A stretch of DNA of 25,161 bases, taken from UHGV virus genome UHGV-1407879; one strand, written 5' to 3'. A program made the position numbers and the translations under genes. The DNA is from a virus. Positions within the stretch are counted from its first letter, which is position 1, and every line of letters begins with the position of its first letter. Of the stretch, positions 9,585-19,643 are shown one piece after another. Below the pieces are notes generated by a model. The model was not told the DNA's origin and ran no database searches. It was given only the letters and a program-made list of their open reading frames with translations.

Positions 9585-10478
9585 ATGGACCAGATGGCAG
9601 AAAACACACCAGAAGTTGAAATCGAAACCGACGCGTCAGAGCAGATTCCTGATGATGTCGAACTGGCTGAAGAAGTCGAAACAGAAGATGGCAGTGAGTC
9701 CTCCGGCAATGATGCAGAGGAAACTACTGAAACTGATGACGACGAATCAGAGCAGGAATTCTACTTTGGTGACGAAAAGCTGGATTCGCCAACCAGCGAA
9801 GATAGCGCAGAGCATGGACTGGTAAAACACCTGCGCAAGACGATTAAAGAGAAAGACCGCGAGCTGAAAGAGCTGATGCGTCAGTCTCAGAAACCCGTCG
9901 AGCAGCAGCCGGTAATCACTCAACCACCGCGAATGCCAAAACTGGACGATGAGGACATCGGTTTCGATGAAGAAATCTACCAGCAACGCATGGCTAAGTG
10001 GGCAGAGGATAACGGCAAGTACCAGCAACAGGAGATGGCTCGCAAGCAGAAGGAGCAGGAGCTTCAGGCTGCCTATCAAGAGCGATTATCCAAATATCAG
10101 CAACGTGTTAAGGCTCTCAAAGTTCCTGGCTATCAGGAAGCTGAGCAGGCCGTACTCGAGGAAATTCCCATCGAGACACAAAACGCGATCCTGTTTGAGT
10201 CAGAGAAGCCGGAAATCGTTGTTCTGGCGCTCGGTCGCAACGCTGAACTGCGCAAGCAACTGGCAGAAGCTACCAACCCCGTAGCAATTGGTCGTCTGCT
10301 GGAACGTATCGAATCGAAGGCCAGAATCATGCCAAAAGCAAAAACCACGGCAGCCACAACCCCGACAGTTAAGGGGAGCAACGGCGCAGTAATCAATAAC
10401 CTAGACAAACTGAAAGCCAAGGCGCTGGAAACTGGTGACTGGACGCCGTATTTCGCCGCTAAAAAGGCAAAAAAATAA
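9585..10478 (+). CDS. Scaffolding protein (P22 gp8-like)
   Basis: 297 aa, highly acidic N-terminus, coiled-coil-prone middle, basic C-terminal helix-turn-helix-like tail (KLKAKALETGDWTPYFAAKKAKK); between portal and coat. Confidence 0.8.
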   Translation: MDQMAENTPEVEIETDASEQIPDDVELAEEVETEDGSESSGNDAEETTETDDDESEQEFYFGDEKLDSPTSEDSAEHGLVKHLRKTIKEKDRELKELMRQSQKPVEQQPVITQPPRMPKLDDEDIGFDEEIYQQRMAKWAEDNGKYQQQEMARKQKEQELQAAYQERLSKYQQRVKALKVPGYQEAEQAVLEEIPIETQNAILFESEKPEIVVLALGRNAELRKQLAEATNPVAIGRLLERIESKARIMPKAKTTAATTPTVKGSNGAVINNLDKLKAKALETGDWTPYFAAKKAKK

Positions 10479-10496
10479 CCTATCGGAGCATTAAGC

Positions 10497-11750
10497 ATGG
10501 CTAACCAATTAGCAAAAGACCTTGAAATCATGTTCGAAAACTACGTTGAAGGCTTTGAGGCCGCCTGCGTAGTTTCCCGTAACGCTAAAAAATTCCGTCC
10601 CGGTGATACAGCAATGCAGCGAGCAGGTGATGTTCTGTATCGTCCGCAGCATTACCACATGAACATTGAGGAAGGCCTCGACCTCAGCGGAAAAACGCCT
10701 ACAGCACTGGTTCAGCGCCTTGTTCCTTCTGTGTTCAAGGAGCCGAAAAACATTCTGTACACTCTGGATGCGCGTGAAATGCGTGACCCGGAACATAAAA
10801 CTGAAGCTGGTCGCGCCGCAGGTATGCGCCTTGCTGCACAGATTGACTCTGACCTGATTTCCATGGTTACGCAGCGTGCTACTAACGTGATCACGATGGC
10901 TGACTCAACCACAGGTTCACAGGGCCGTGATTTGTGGAACTGTGCGGCAGGTATTGATGCCACCATGACGGCGATTGGTGTACCACAGGGTATCAACCGC
11001 CGCTCTTTCTGGAACCCCTTCAACTACAAAGACCTTGCTGGCGAGCTTGGTCACCGTGCCTATGCTCAGGGCGCAACCCTGACAGCATACGAAAAAGCGC
11101 AGATCCCTCCGGTTGCTTCCTTTGATAGCTACAAGACCGATATTTCTGGTCGTGTTCCGAAGGGTACAGCAACTCCCATTACGCTGGCAGCAGCACCTGC
11201 GCACAAGGTTGAAGCGAAAGATGCCAACGATATGCCAGTGGATAACCGACAGGGGACCATTACGGTATCTGCATCTGGTTTGCAGGTTGGCGATGCGTTC
11301 ACTATTGCTGGCGTGAATTCCGTACACCAGATCACCAAAGATACCACCGGGCAGCCGCAGGTATTCCGCGTTCTGGCAGTAAGCGGAACGACAGTAACTA
11401 TCTCCCCGAAAATTCTGCCGCCTGACAACGCGGATGTCGCCAGCCGACCATATGCAAACGTTGATGCTAACGCGGCAAGTAGCGCAGCAATCACCATTCT
11501 CAACAAAAATGCCGCACCGGCTAACCTGTTCTGGGCTGATGGTTCTGTTGAACTGATGTACGGCAAACTGGCGTTCCCAACTGGTCAGGGGCCACAGGTA
11601 ATGACGGCAACCACCGAGCAGGGCGCTACGCTGATCATGTCTTACGCCTTCGACCACATCAAAGGCGTAACCACTGCTCGTTTCACCACTCTGTATGGTT
11701 GCTCTGTACTTGTTCCTGAATATACGGGCATCGTTATTGCCGGGCAGTAA
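10497..11750 (+). CDS. Major capsid (coat) protein, P22 gp5-like
   Basis: 417 aa; position after scaffold; C-terminal region resembles P22 coat from memory (RPYANVDAN...NLFWADGSVEL). Confidence 0.9.
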   Translation: MANQLAKDLEIMFENYVEGFEAACVVSRNAKKFRPGDTAMQRAGDVLYRPQHYHMNIEEGLDLSGKTPTALVQRLVPSVFKEPKNILYTLDAREMRDPEHKTEAGRAAGMRLAAQIDSDLISMVTQRATNVITMADSTTGSQGRDLWNCAAGIDATMTAIGVPQGINRRSFWNPFNYKDLAGELGHRAYAQGATLTAYEKAQIPPVASFDSYKTDISGRVPKGTATPITLAAAPAHKVEAKDANDMPVDNRQGTITVSASGLQVGDAFTIAGVNSVHQITKDTTGQPQVFRVLAVSGTTVTISPKILPPDNADVASRPYANVDANAASSAAITILNKNAAPANLFWADGSVELMYGKLAFPTGQGPQVMTATTEQGATLIMSYAFDHIKGVTTARFTTLYGCSVLVPEYTGIVIAGQ

Positions 11751-11757
11751 TTTTGGT

Positions 11758-11780
11758 GGGGCTTCGGCCCCATTTTTATT
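11758..11780 (+). terminator. Rho-independent terminator downstream of coat gene
   Basis: GGGGC-TTCG-GCCCC hairpin followed by ATTTTTATT. Confidence 0.65.
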
Positions 11781-11791
11781 GGGAGAAGACA

Positions 11792-11980
11792 ATGGCACGA
11801 ACAATGCTCTATAAGCCTGGCAACATGATCACCTGTGGTCAGTTTGCTGTCGATTACATCATTGTTGATGACGAAGAAGTTAAATCTCACCTGAAAAAAG
11901 GCTGGGTGAAAACTCCTGAAGAAACCGCAACGAAGCATAAAGTGGCTAAGGCGGAAGAAGATGGCGAAAACGAAGGGTGA
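11792..11980 (+). CDS. Hypothetical small protein (62 aa from ATG 11792)
   Basis: ORF with SD-like GGGAGAAG upstream of ATG 11792; the track ORF starts at 11753, but that extension would run through the terminator hairpin. Overlaps the gp4 start by 20 nt. Confidence 0.4.
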   Translation: MARTMLYKPGNMITCGQFAVDYIIVDDEEVKSHLKKGWVKTPEETATKHKVAKAEEDGENEG

Positions 11981-12422
11981 TCTCGTTCTTAAGGCTTTAC
12001 GAAAAGCCGGGCTGTATTCCAATGCCACGTTGACAGATGCTGACCCTCAGGCAATTGAAGATGCCATTAATGACCTCGAAGACATGATGGCAGCATGGCA
12101 GGCTAAAGGTATCGAGCTTGGATATCAGTTTGCTGATACAGAAAACGGCATCATGCCGTTACCTGACGATGATTCAGGTATCCCTGCATGGGCAAATGAT
12201 GGCGTCGCTTTGAAACTCGCTGTGCAAGTGTGCATGGATAACGTCATTCAGCCGTCAGACGCTCTCCTTACCGCTGCTGACAGTGCATATCAGACAATCT
12301 GTATCGCTTTAACCAAAATACCACCACTTGAGCGGCGAAATGACATGCCTCGCGGTAGTGGTAACAAAAGCGCGTTTACGTGGAATCGGTTTTACATCGA
12401 GAAAGGTGATCCGAGTACGTGA
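11961..12422 (+). CDS. Head completion / tail adaptor protein (P22 gp4-like)
   Basis: 153 aa; N-terminus KTKGDLVLKALRKAGLYSNATLTDADPQAIEDAINDLEDMMAAW resembles P22 gp4 from memory. Confidence 0.85.
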   Translation: MAKTKGDLVLKALRKAGLYSNATLTDADPQAIEDAINDLEDMMAAWQAKGIELGYQFADTENGIMPLPDDDSGIPAWANDGVALKLAVQVCMDNVIQPSDALLTAADSAYQTICIALTKIPPLERRNDMPRGSGNKSAFTWNRFYIEKGDPST

Positions 12423-12431
12423 GGTGAATAA

Positions 12432-13850
12432 ATGCCGATTCAGCAACTTCCGCTTATGAAAGGTGTCGGCAAAGACTTTCGAAACGCCGACTATATCGAC
12501 TATCTGCCAGTGAATATGTTGGCTACACCCAAAGAAATACTCAACAGCAGCGGATATCTTCGCTCATTCCCGGGCATTGCCAAACGTTCTGATGTGAACG
12601 GCGTATCGCGCGGAGTTGAGTACAACATGGCGCAGAATGCTGTTTATCGCGTTTGTGGTGGCAAACTGTATAAGGGCGAAAGTGAGGTCGGTGATGTTGC
12701 CGGAAGTGGTCGCGTATCAATGGCGCATGGTAGGACATCACAGGCAGTAGGCGTTAATGGTCAACTGGTCGAGTATCGTTATGATGGCACGGTTAAAACC
12801 GTCTCAAACTGGCCTACAGACAGCGGATTTACGCAGTATGAGATAGGTTCTGTTCGTGACATTACGCGCTTACGTGGGCGTTATGCGTGGTCAAAAGACG
12901 GAACTGATTCATGGTTTATCACTGACCCTGAAGACGAATCACATCCTGACCGTTACAGCGCACAATATCGCGCAGAATCGCAGCCGGACGGTATCATCGG
13001 CATCGGAACATGGCGAGACTTCATCGTCTGCTTTGGTTCATCGACGATTGAATATTTCTCCCTGACTGGCGCAACCACCGTTGGTGCTGCTTTGTATGTC
13101 GCACAGCCATCACTGATGGTGCAAAAAGGCATTGCCGGAACTTACTGCAAAACGCCGTTTGCTGATTCCTATGCGTTCATCAGCAATCCGGCAACGGGTG
13201 CGCCGTCTGTGTATATCATCGGCTCCGGTCAGGTGTCACCAATTGCCAGCGCGAGCATTGAGAAAATCCTCCGCTCCTACACTGCTGATGAACTGGCTGA
13301 TGGTGTGATGGAATCGCTGCGGTTTGATGCTCATGAGTTGCTGATTATCCACCTTCCTCGCCATGTTCTCGTGTACGACGCATCTTCAAGCGCCAATGGT
13401 CCGCAATGGTGTGTACTGAAAACAGGCTTGTATGACGATGTGTACCGCGCTATCGACTTCATTTACGAAGGAAATCAGATAACGTGCGGCGATAAGCTGG
13501 AATCGGTGACCGGGAAATTGCAGTTCGATATCAGCAGTCAGTATGGGCTTCAACAGGAACACCTGCTGTTTACTCCACTGTTCAAAGCGGATAACGCCAG
13601 ATGCTTCGATCTGGAGGTGGAATCATCCACTGGCGTAGCTCAGTACGCCGACCGCCTGTTCCTCTCTGCAACCACTGACGGCATAAATTATGGGCGTGAG
13701 CAGATGATTGAGCAGAATGAACCGTTCGTTTACGACAAACGCGTTTTGTGGAAACGAGTAGGGCGCATCAGGAAAAACATTGGTTTCAAATTGCGCGTTA
13801 TCACGAAGTCACCTGTCACTCTGTCTGGCTGCCAGATAAGGATTGAGTAA
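12432..13850 (+). CDS. Tail hub protein (P22 gp10-like)
   Basis: 472 aa, near-identical over long stretches to P22 gp10 from memory ([16 protein letters not shown]...[32 protein letters not shown]). Confidence 0.9.
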   Translation: MPIQQLPLMKGVGKDFRNADYIDYLPVNMLATPKEILNSSGYLRSFPGIAKRSDVNGVSRGVEYNMAQNAVYRVCGGKLYKGESEVGDVAGSGRVSMAHGRTSQAVGVNGQLVEYRYDGTVKTVSNWPTDSGFTQYEIGSVRDITRLRGRYAWSKDGTDSWFITDPEDESHPDRYSAQYRAESQPDGIIGIGTWRDFIVCFGSSTIEYFSLTGATTVGAALYVAQPSLMVQKGIAGTYCKTPFADSYAFISNPATGAPSVYIIGSGQVSPIASASIEKILRSYTADELADGVMESLRFDAHELLIIHLPRHVLVYDASSSANGPQWCVLKTGLYDDVYRAIDFIYEGNQITCGDKLESVTGKLQFDISSQYGLQQEHLLFTPLFKADNARCFDLEVESSTGVAQYADRLFLSATTDGINYGREQMIEQNEPFVYDKRVLWKRVGRIRKNIGFKLRVITKSPVTLSGCQIRIE

Positions 13851-14551
13851 TGGCGGATTCGAATCTCAATGAGCCGGTAACAATTCAGGCTACACGACTC
13901 GATACATCAATCCTTCCACGCAATATATTCAGCCAGTCTTACCTGTTGTATGTCATTAATCAGGGGGCTGATGTCGGCGCAATTGCCGGGAAGGCAAATC
14001 AGGCTGGTCAGGGCGCTTACGATGCTCAGGTGAAAAACGATGAACAGGACGTCGAACTGGCTGATCACGACGCAAGAATCACCGCAAACACAAAAGCGAT
14101 AAATCTACTTGAGGTCAGGTTAACAACCGCCGAAGGGAAGATAGTCGTACTGCGTAGCGATGTTGATTACTTGCTGGATGAGGTTATCGATATTCAGGCG
14201 CATCTGGTCACTGTTGACCAAAGACTGGATGGCGTAGAAAGCGATGTATCTGACATTAAGAGTGATTACGTATCGAAAACCGTAACCGAATCGCAGTCTC
14301 TTGCGTCACCGCTGGATGTAAAAACATCATATTCAGTTGATGGAATTCAGGTTGTTGGAGCAAGAAATACCGGATGGACTACAGCCACAGGTACGCCACT
14401 TCTTGGCTCATTCAACGCTAACCAGTCATACACTGTCGGCACTACGTACACACAATCCGAAGTCGCAGCTCTCGCTACAGGTTTGCAGCAGGCGCGGCAG
14501 CGTATTCTGGCGCTTGAAACGGCACTTAGATTACATGGGCTGATTGACTGA
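13850..14551 (+). CDS. Tail needle protein (P22 gp26-like)
   Basis: 233 aa; N-terminus [25 protein letters not shown] and C-terminus ...[12 protein letters not shown] match P22 gp26 from memory; central trimeric coiled-coil repeats. Confidence 0.9.
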   Translation: MADSNLNEPVTIQATRLDTSILPRNIFSQSYLLYVINQGADVGAIAGKANQAGQGAYDAQVKNDEQDVELADHDARITANTKAINLLEVRLTTAEGKIVVLRSDVDYLLDEVIDIQAHLVTVDQRLDGVESDVSDIKSDYVSKTVTESQSLASPLDVKTSYSVDGIQVVGARNTGWTTATGTPLLGSFNANQSYTVGTTYTQSEVAALATGLQQARQRILALETALRLHGLID

Positions 14552-15000
14552 TGATTACATTCAAACCAACGCGAAACATCGACCTGATAGAAGCAGTCGG
14601 AAATCACCCTGACATTATCGCCGGGAGCAACAACGGCGATGGATACGACTACAAACCTGAATGCCGTTACTTTGAGGTGAACGTGCACGGTCAGTTCGGC
14701 GGAATTGTTTACTATCAGGAGATTCAGCCGCTGACATTCCACGCCATGTACCTGCCAGAGATTCGCGGATTCAGCAAGGAAATCGGGCTGGCGTTCTGGC
14801 GATATATTCTGACTAACACCACCGTTCAGTGCGTCACATCGTTCGCCGCACGCAAATTCCGCCACGGTCAGATGTATTGCGCAATGATTGGTCTTAAGCG
14901 TGTAGGAACCATCAAGAAATACTTCAAAGGCGTGGATGACGTGACGTTTTACAGCGCAACACGCGAAGAACTAATCGACTTCCTGAATCACGGGAGATAG
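14551..15000 (+). CDS. P22 gp14-like protein (head assembly / ejection-associated)
   Basis: 149 aa in the gp14 position between the gp26 and gp7 homologues; ATGA overlap with gp26. Confidence 0.75.
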   Translation: MITFKPTRNIDLIEAVGNHPDIIAGSNNGDGYDYKPECRYFEVNVHGQFGGIVYYQEIQPLTFHAMYLPEIRGFSKEIGLAFWRYILTNTTVQCVTSFAARKFRHGQMYCAMIGLKRVGTIKKYFKGVDDVTFYSATREELIDFLNHGR

Positions 15001-15002
15001 CC

Positions 15003-15695
15003 ATGTTATATGCATTTAAGCTGGGCAGAAAACTGCGCGGCGAGGAACCTTATTGCCCTGAAAAGGGTGGGAAAGGTGGCAGTTCTGATAAAAGCGCAAA
15101 GTATGCAGCAGAAGCTCAGAAGTATGCCGCAGACCTGCAAAATCAGCAGTTCAACACCATCATGAATAACCTGAAGCCGTTTACTCCTCTGGCTGAGAAG
15201 TATGTCGGCAGCCTCGAGAACTTATCGTCTCTGGAGGGGCAAGGTCAGGCACTTAACCAGTATTACAACTCTCAGCAGTATAAAGACCTTGCAGGTCAGG
15301 CTCGCTATCAGAGTCTGGCGGCAGCGGAAGCAACAGGTGGATTGGGTTCCACCGCAACCAGTAATCAGTTAGCAACAATCGCACCAACGCTTGGTCAGCA
15401 ATGGCTATCTGGACAAATGAACAATTACAACAACCTGGCAAATATCGGTCTTGGCGCTCTTCAGGGGCAGGCAAACGCCGGGCAAACATATGCCAACAAC
15501 ATGAGCCAGATTTCACAGCAAAGCGCGGCGCTGGCGGCTGCAAACGCCAACCGACCGTCAGCATTGCAGCAGGGTGTTAGTGGTGCTGCATCCGGTGCGC
15601 TTTTGGGTGGTGGCATAGCCAGTGCTCTCGAGCTATCAACTCCGTGGGGTGCTGGTATCGGTGCTGGTCTTGGTCTGCTTGGCTCGTTGTTTTAA
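15003..15695 (+). CDS. Ejection protein (P22 gp7-like)
   Basis: 230 aa; Q/N/A-rich with glycine-rich hydrophobic C-terminus; position and N-terminus (MLYAFKLGRKLRGEEPY) consistent with P22 gp7. Confidence 0.85.
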   Translation: MLYAFKLGRKLRGEEPYCPEKGGKGGSSDKSAKYAAEAQKYAADLQNQQFNTIMNNLKPFTPLAEKYVGSLENLSSLEGQGQALNQYYNSQQYKDLAGQARYQSLAAAEATGGLGSTATSNQLATIAPTLGQQWLSGQMNNYNNLANIGLGALQGQANAGQTYANNMSQISQQSAALAAANANRPSALQQGVSGAASGALLGGGIASALELSTPWGAGIGAGLGLLGSLF

Positions 15696-15705
15696 GGGGT
15701 AATCA

Positions 15706-17037
15706 ATGGCTACGTGGCAACAGGGTATTAATTCTGGTGGTTTTCTGGCTGGCATTGGTGCGCAAAACGAGAATGCGCCAAAGGCAAGCGACATTAACGC
15801 AACGCTTGGTCTGATCCGCGAAAACAATGAACTGGCTCGCTCAGGTGCAAATAACGTTGGTCTGACCGCGTTACGTGGTCTGGCTGGAGTTGCTGATATT
15901 TATAAGCAGGAACAGCAACAGAAAGCGATTAGTGCGTTCAATAAGGTTCACGCTGATGCATGGGCTTCTGGTGATCCATCGGGACTATTTAAGTTTGCCC
16001 AGGAAAATCCAGCGTTTGTTGCACAGGCACAACAGGCGTTTTCCGGTCTTAATGAGCAGCAACGCAACGATATGGGCGATTTAGCCATGAGGGCTAACGT
16101 CGCTCTTTCTCAGGGACCGGAAGCCTACAGTAAATTCATTACTGACAACAAGGACAGGTTAAATCGCGTGGGTGCGAATGCTGACTGGATGATTCAGACA
16201 GGTATCCAGAATCCAGAGCAGCTATCACACATGCTGACTACTATGACGCTAGGGGCTGTTGGTCCGGATAAAATGCTGGATTATCAGGATAAGATGGTTG
16301 GTCGCCAACTAGAGAAAGGGCGATTGGATGAAAGCATCCGTCAGGCTGATATGGAGAATGCGAGAGGATGGGCAAATATCCAGAACGCTCAACTAGACAG
16401 GGCTCAGCGGGCACAAATGCATAATGATAACGTAGCCCTGAAGTTGCAGGAATTAGGGATGAAACAACAGGAAAGCGGAAAGATTGACCCAAAACTTGTT
16501 CGAGATCTGAATAGTGATATTAATGGGTTCTCAAAGAATTATTCTGCAATGCGCAGTGCTTCTGACAACCTACAAGCCCTTGGGAAGCGCAACACTCCAG
16601 CAGCGCAGTTGGGAATGATTTTCAACTATATGAAATCGCTGGATCCGCAATCTGTGGTACGCGAAGGTGAGCAAGTGCAGGTAAAACGCACTGATGGAAT
16701 ATTCGGCACACTTGGTAACTATGTTAGCCAATTATCTAACGGCAAGATGCTGAATAATGAGCAAGTCCAGGACTTAATCAATACCTCAAAACTGATGGCA
16801 AATACTGAAGGCGAAAAGTTTAACCAGCAAATGGATGATTATCTTTCAACTTATGGAGATTCTCTCCCCAGCGGACTAACTAAGCAATTGCAATCCAGAA
16901 AAGCCAAGCTGTATGAAGATATTCAGCAGCCTGCGCAACAACAGAGCAATAACCAACAACCGACAAATACCCAACAGCAGCAGAGTCAATCCGGATCATA
17001 TACCTCAAAATCAGGCATTCAATTTACGGTGGAATGA
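15706..17037 (+). CDS. Ejection protein (P22 gp20-like)
   Basis: 443 aa; synteny between gp7 and gp16; Q-rich C-terminus. Confidence 0.8.
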   Translation: MATWQQGINSGGFLAGIGAQNENAPKASDINATLGLIRENNELARSGANNVGLTALRGLAGVADIYKQEQQQKAISAFNKVHADAWASGDPSGLFKFAQENPAFVAQAQQAFSGLNEQQRNDMGDLAMRANVALSQGPEAYSKFITDNKDRLNRVGANADWMIQTGIQNPEQLSHMLTTMTLGAVGPDKMLDYQDKMVGRQLEKGRLDESIRQADMENARGWANIQNAQLDRAQRAQMHNDNVALKLQELGMKQQESGKIDPKLVRDLNSDINGFSKNYSAMRSASDNLQALGKRNTPAAQLGMIFNYMKSLDPQSVVREGEQVQVKRTDGIFGTLGNYVSQLSNGKMLNNEQVQDLINTSKLMANTEGEKFNQQMDDYLSTYGDSLPSGLTKQLQSRKAKLYEDIQQPAQQQSNNQQPTNTQQQQSQSGSYTSKSGIQFTVE

Positions 17038-19160
17038 TGAAAGTAACTGCAAACGGAAAGACATTTACCTTCCCTGATGGTACGAGCACGGAAGATATTG
17101 GCACCGCCATTGATGAGTATTTTACTGGTCAGGCTGTTCAGCAACAAACAGTTAATCAGGCCAATAATGAACCAGCACGTGAAGAACCATCATTGATGCA
17201 ACAAGCTGGCGATTGGCTCACTGGTGGTCAAAGTGCAGGGCAAATTGCAGAACAGGCTGGTCGTGGTCTGGTAAACATACCATTTGATGTATTGCAGGGT
17301 GGCGCAAGTCTGATTAATGCAATCAGCCAGGGGCTTGGTGGGCCAAAAGTATTGGATGATGTTTATCGTCCAGTCGATCGACCGACAGACCCTTACGCGC
17401 AAGCCGGTGAAACAATTGGTGGGGATCTCCTGCCAATTGGCACAGCGGCAAAAGCTGCTGGAGCGCCAGCAAAGCTCGCTGGAGATATCGGTTCCGCAGG
17501 AAACATGATTGCAGGTTCTCTTGCTGATGCTGCAAATCAGGAGGGCGATTTTGCACAAAATGCTGCCATTAACGGTGGTATCAATATTGGTGCTCAAGGC
17601 GTTCTTTCAGGTGTCGGGCGCGTTATTGCGCCAAGGGTTTCACAGGCTCTTGGTGGTGCAGCACTGAATTCTGCTAATGATGTTTCTAGGATGGCAAAGT
17701 CAGGTGCTGGGCGTCAGTCAATTGCCAGTCAGGCCGCTAATGTGTCCGAAGATGTAGCAAAAGCGGCTGAGTCTGCTGGAATTGATATAAACGCATTAAC
17801 ACCAGGAATGCGATCTGGAAGTCGTGGAATTGCACAAGCCGAAGGCGCATTGGCATCAACACCTGGAATTGTTCAGGACGCCCATCAGGCAGCATTTAAC
17901 GAAATATCATCAAAGTTAAGTCGAAACCTTGATGAATTTGGGGCCACATCTGGAACGGCATCAGAAAAAAGTGCGGCTATAAAACAAAGGATTCTTCAAA
18001 ATCTTGATCAGATGAAGGATGCCGAGCGCGCGGCATGGGATGACGTGCGGTCAACAATGCCAAATCAAAAAGCAAGAATGCTAAATGGTAATGCCGTTAT
18101 TCAGGCAGAGCGATCTGCTGGCATACCGCTTACTCCTGAAATGAAACAGTTTGTTCAGGCAAACAATCAAGGTGGAGTAACATTTGATGGCATGAAAGCA
18201 TGGAGAGCGAAATTTGCTGATGCGGAGCAAAAATATAAGCGTAGCGGAGAGGCAAATGCGGCAAGGAGAGCAGGGGAAATACGCCGGGCAATTACTGATG
18301 ATATGCGCACAATGGCGGAAAACGGCGGATTTCTTGATGACTGGCAGAAAGCTAATGATCTGTCTAAAGCGAGGTTATCAGCACAAGAGAGTGCAGAGTC
18401 TGTTTTCGGGCGTGATTTGGCAACAGATGCACTGATTACGAATGGAGTAAAATCCCTTCAATCATCGTCAGCTAAAGGTCTTAATGGTCCTGCTGGATTC
18501 CATTCTATGATCCGCGCGCTGCCAGAATCAGAGCGTGTTCCTGCTATATCATCAATGTTGCAAGATGCTATCTCGCATGGTGTACGTGGTGGCAAAGCTG
18601 ATGCAGCAGGAATTAACCATATCGCAGAGATACTGACTCCACAAAATGTAAAAGCCATTAGCCGATATTCCTCAGAGCTTGGAAGAATTGCTGATGCATA
18701 TGGCACTCTTGCAAGAGCAGCAGTGAAACCTCAGCAGTATATTGAAAGAACAGGTAGAACTGCCAATGTACTACGCGATCTGGATGCTGGTTTATCCAAC
18801 GTCACATCAACAGTGTTAAATGCAATTGCCAATTCAACATCAGGTGCCATTGTTGGTGGCGCTGGAGGAGGCATTGCAGGCGCTGCCGCAGGTGCTTTAG
18901 TTGGCGCTGGGTTAAAAGGCGCTGTATCTAAAATTGCCACCACACGTAGTGGTCGGTATGCGATAGAGAAAGCGGTTCAGGAAGCAACTAAAGCAGTAAG
19001 AGCAGGCGGAAGCAAAGAAGCATTAGCGGCGGCGGAACGCAGATTTATGGCAAATAAGGCCGCCGTAAAAGCAATACGCGAGGCACTAGGAAACGAAGAG
19101 TTCCAGCGTTTAGCAAGGGCTGGAATTGTGGCATCGCTAAGCGGAATGGCACAGGAGTAA
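17034..19160 (+). CDS. Ejection protein (P22 gp16-like), extended
   Basis: 708 aa; last gene of the ejection-protein trio; Gly/Ala-rich segments ([21 protein letters not shown]); ATGA overlap with gp20. Confidence 0.8.
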   Translation: MMKVTANGKTFTFPDGTSTEDIGTAIDEYFTGQAVQQQTVNQANNEPAREEPSLMQQAGDWLTGGQSAGQIAEQAGRGLVNIPFDVLQGGASLINAISQGLGGPKVLDDVYRPVDRPTDPYAQAGETIGGDLLPIGTAAKAAGAPAKLAGDIGSAGNMIAGSLADAANQEGDFAQNAAINGGINIGAQGVLSGVGRVIAPRVSQALGGAALNSANDVSRMAKSGAGRQSIASQAANVSEDVAKAAESAGIDINALTPGMRSGSRGIAQAEGALASTPGIVQDAHQAAFNEISSKLSRNLDEFGATSGTASEKSAAIKQRILQNLDQMKDAERAAWDDVRSTMPNQKARMLNGNAVIQAERSAGIPLTPEMKQFVQANNQGGVTFDGMKAWRAKFADAEQKYKRSGEANAARRAGEIRRAITDDMRTMAENGGFLDDWQKANDLSKARLSAQESAESVFGRDLATDALITNGVKSLQSSSAKGLNGPAGFHSMIRALPESERVPAISSMLQDAISHGVRGGKADAAGINHIAEILTPQNVKAISRYSSELGRIADAYGTLARAAVKPQQYIERTGRTANVLRDLDAGLSNVTSTVLNAIANSTSGAIVGGAGGGIAGAAAGALVGAGLKGAVSKIATTRSGRYAIEKAVQEATKAVRAGGSKEALAAAERRFMANKAAVKAIREALGNEEFQRLARAGIVASLSGMAQE

Positions 19161-19490
19161 TTAGTCATCCATGGATGGATTGAGCTTATCTCGTGTTGAT
19201 GTGGCAATTTTACCAACATTTTTCAACCAAGATTTTAAGAAGGATATGTCGTCCTTAATATCATGAATATCCTCATTCTTTATACGATCAACCTTATCCT
19301 CTAGGCTCTCTATAGAACGCTCAATGCTAGACAGAGAGATTTTTAAGTCTCCTTGCTCACGTTCCAGTGAGGATTTGAGAGCACAATATTCGTTTTCTAG
19401 AATTCCTATTTTTTTTGTTAGAGAGTGCATTCGATACTCATACACCAAACTAGAAACGACTAATGCAGCCAACAGAAACCATTCAAGCAC
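19161..19490 (-). CDS. Small membrane-anchored coiled-coil protein (109 aa), unknown function
   Basis: GTG start preceded by AAGGAGG with about 5-nt spacing; N-terminal TM helix (LEWFLLAALVVSSLVY) then heptad-rich acidic domain; AT-rich codon usage by eye. Confidence 0.6.
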   Translation of the reverse strand: MLEWFLLAALVVSSLVYEYRMHSLTKKIGILENEYCALKSSLEREQGDLKISLSSIERSIESLEDKVDRIKNEDIHDIKDDISFLKSWLKNVGKIATSTRDKLNPSMDD

Positions 19491-19572
19491 ACCAACCTCC
19501 TTAGTTTTGTGCAGGATACCATGATGTCAGTGCAAGGGGGAGAAAGTCTCCTCATTATCTGATTTGCAATTT

Positions 19573-19608
19573 ACGTGCATATTTAAATATTGCACGTTAC
19601 AACGTGCA
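19573..19608. promoter_or_regulatory. Operator-like triple half-site ACGTGCA / TGCACGT / ACGTGCA in divergent promoter region
   Basis: ACGTGCA (19573-19579), 11-bp AT spacer TATTTAAATAT, TGCACGT (19591-19597), TACA, ACGTGCA (19602-19608); a TTGCAA -35-like hexamer lies at 19564-19569. Confidence 0.5.
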
Positions 19609-19643
19609 TGTGTATGATTGACTTATCAATCACAACACGAGAT

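Noticed and set aside
10917-11804. 295-aa minus-strand ORF
   Set aside because: Entirely antisense to the well-supported coat gene; Cys/Arg-rich composition typical of out-of-frame translation of a GC-rich gene.
14347-14865. 172-aa minus-strand ORF
   Set aside because: Antisense to the gp26 and gp14 homologues; no RBS context and no independent support.
19590-19643. TTG start at 19590 for the 355-aa ORF
   Set aside because: The codon is TTG rather than ATG and sits inside the operator palindrome and probable -10 region, so a downstream ATG (19644 or 19650) is more plausible. No strong SD precedes any candidate, so this remains unresolved.
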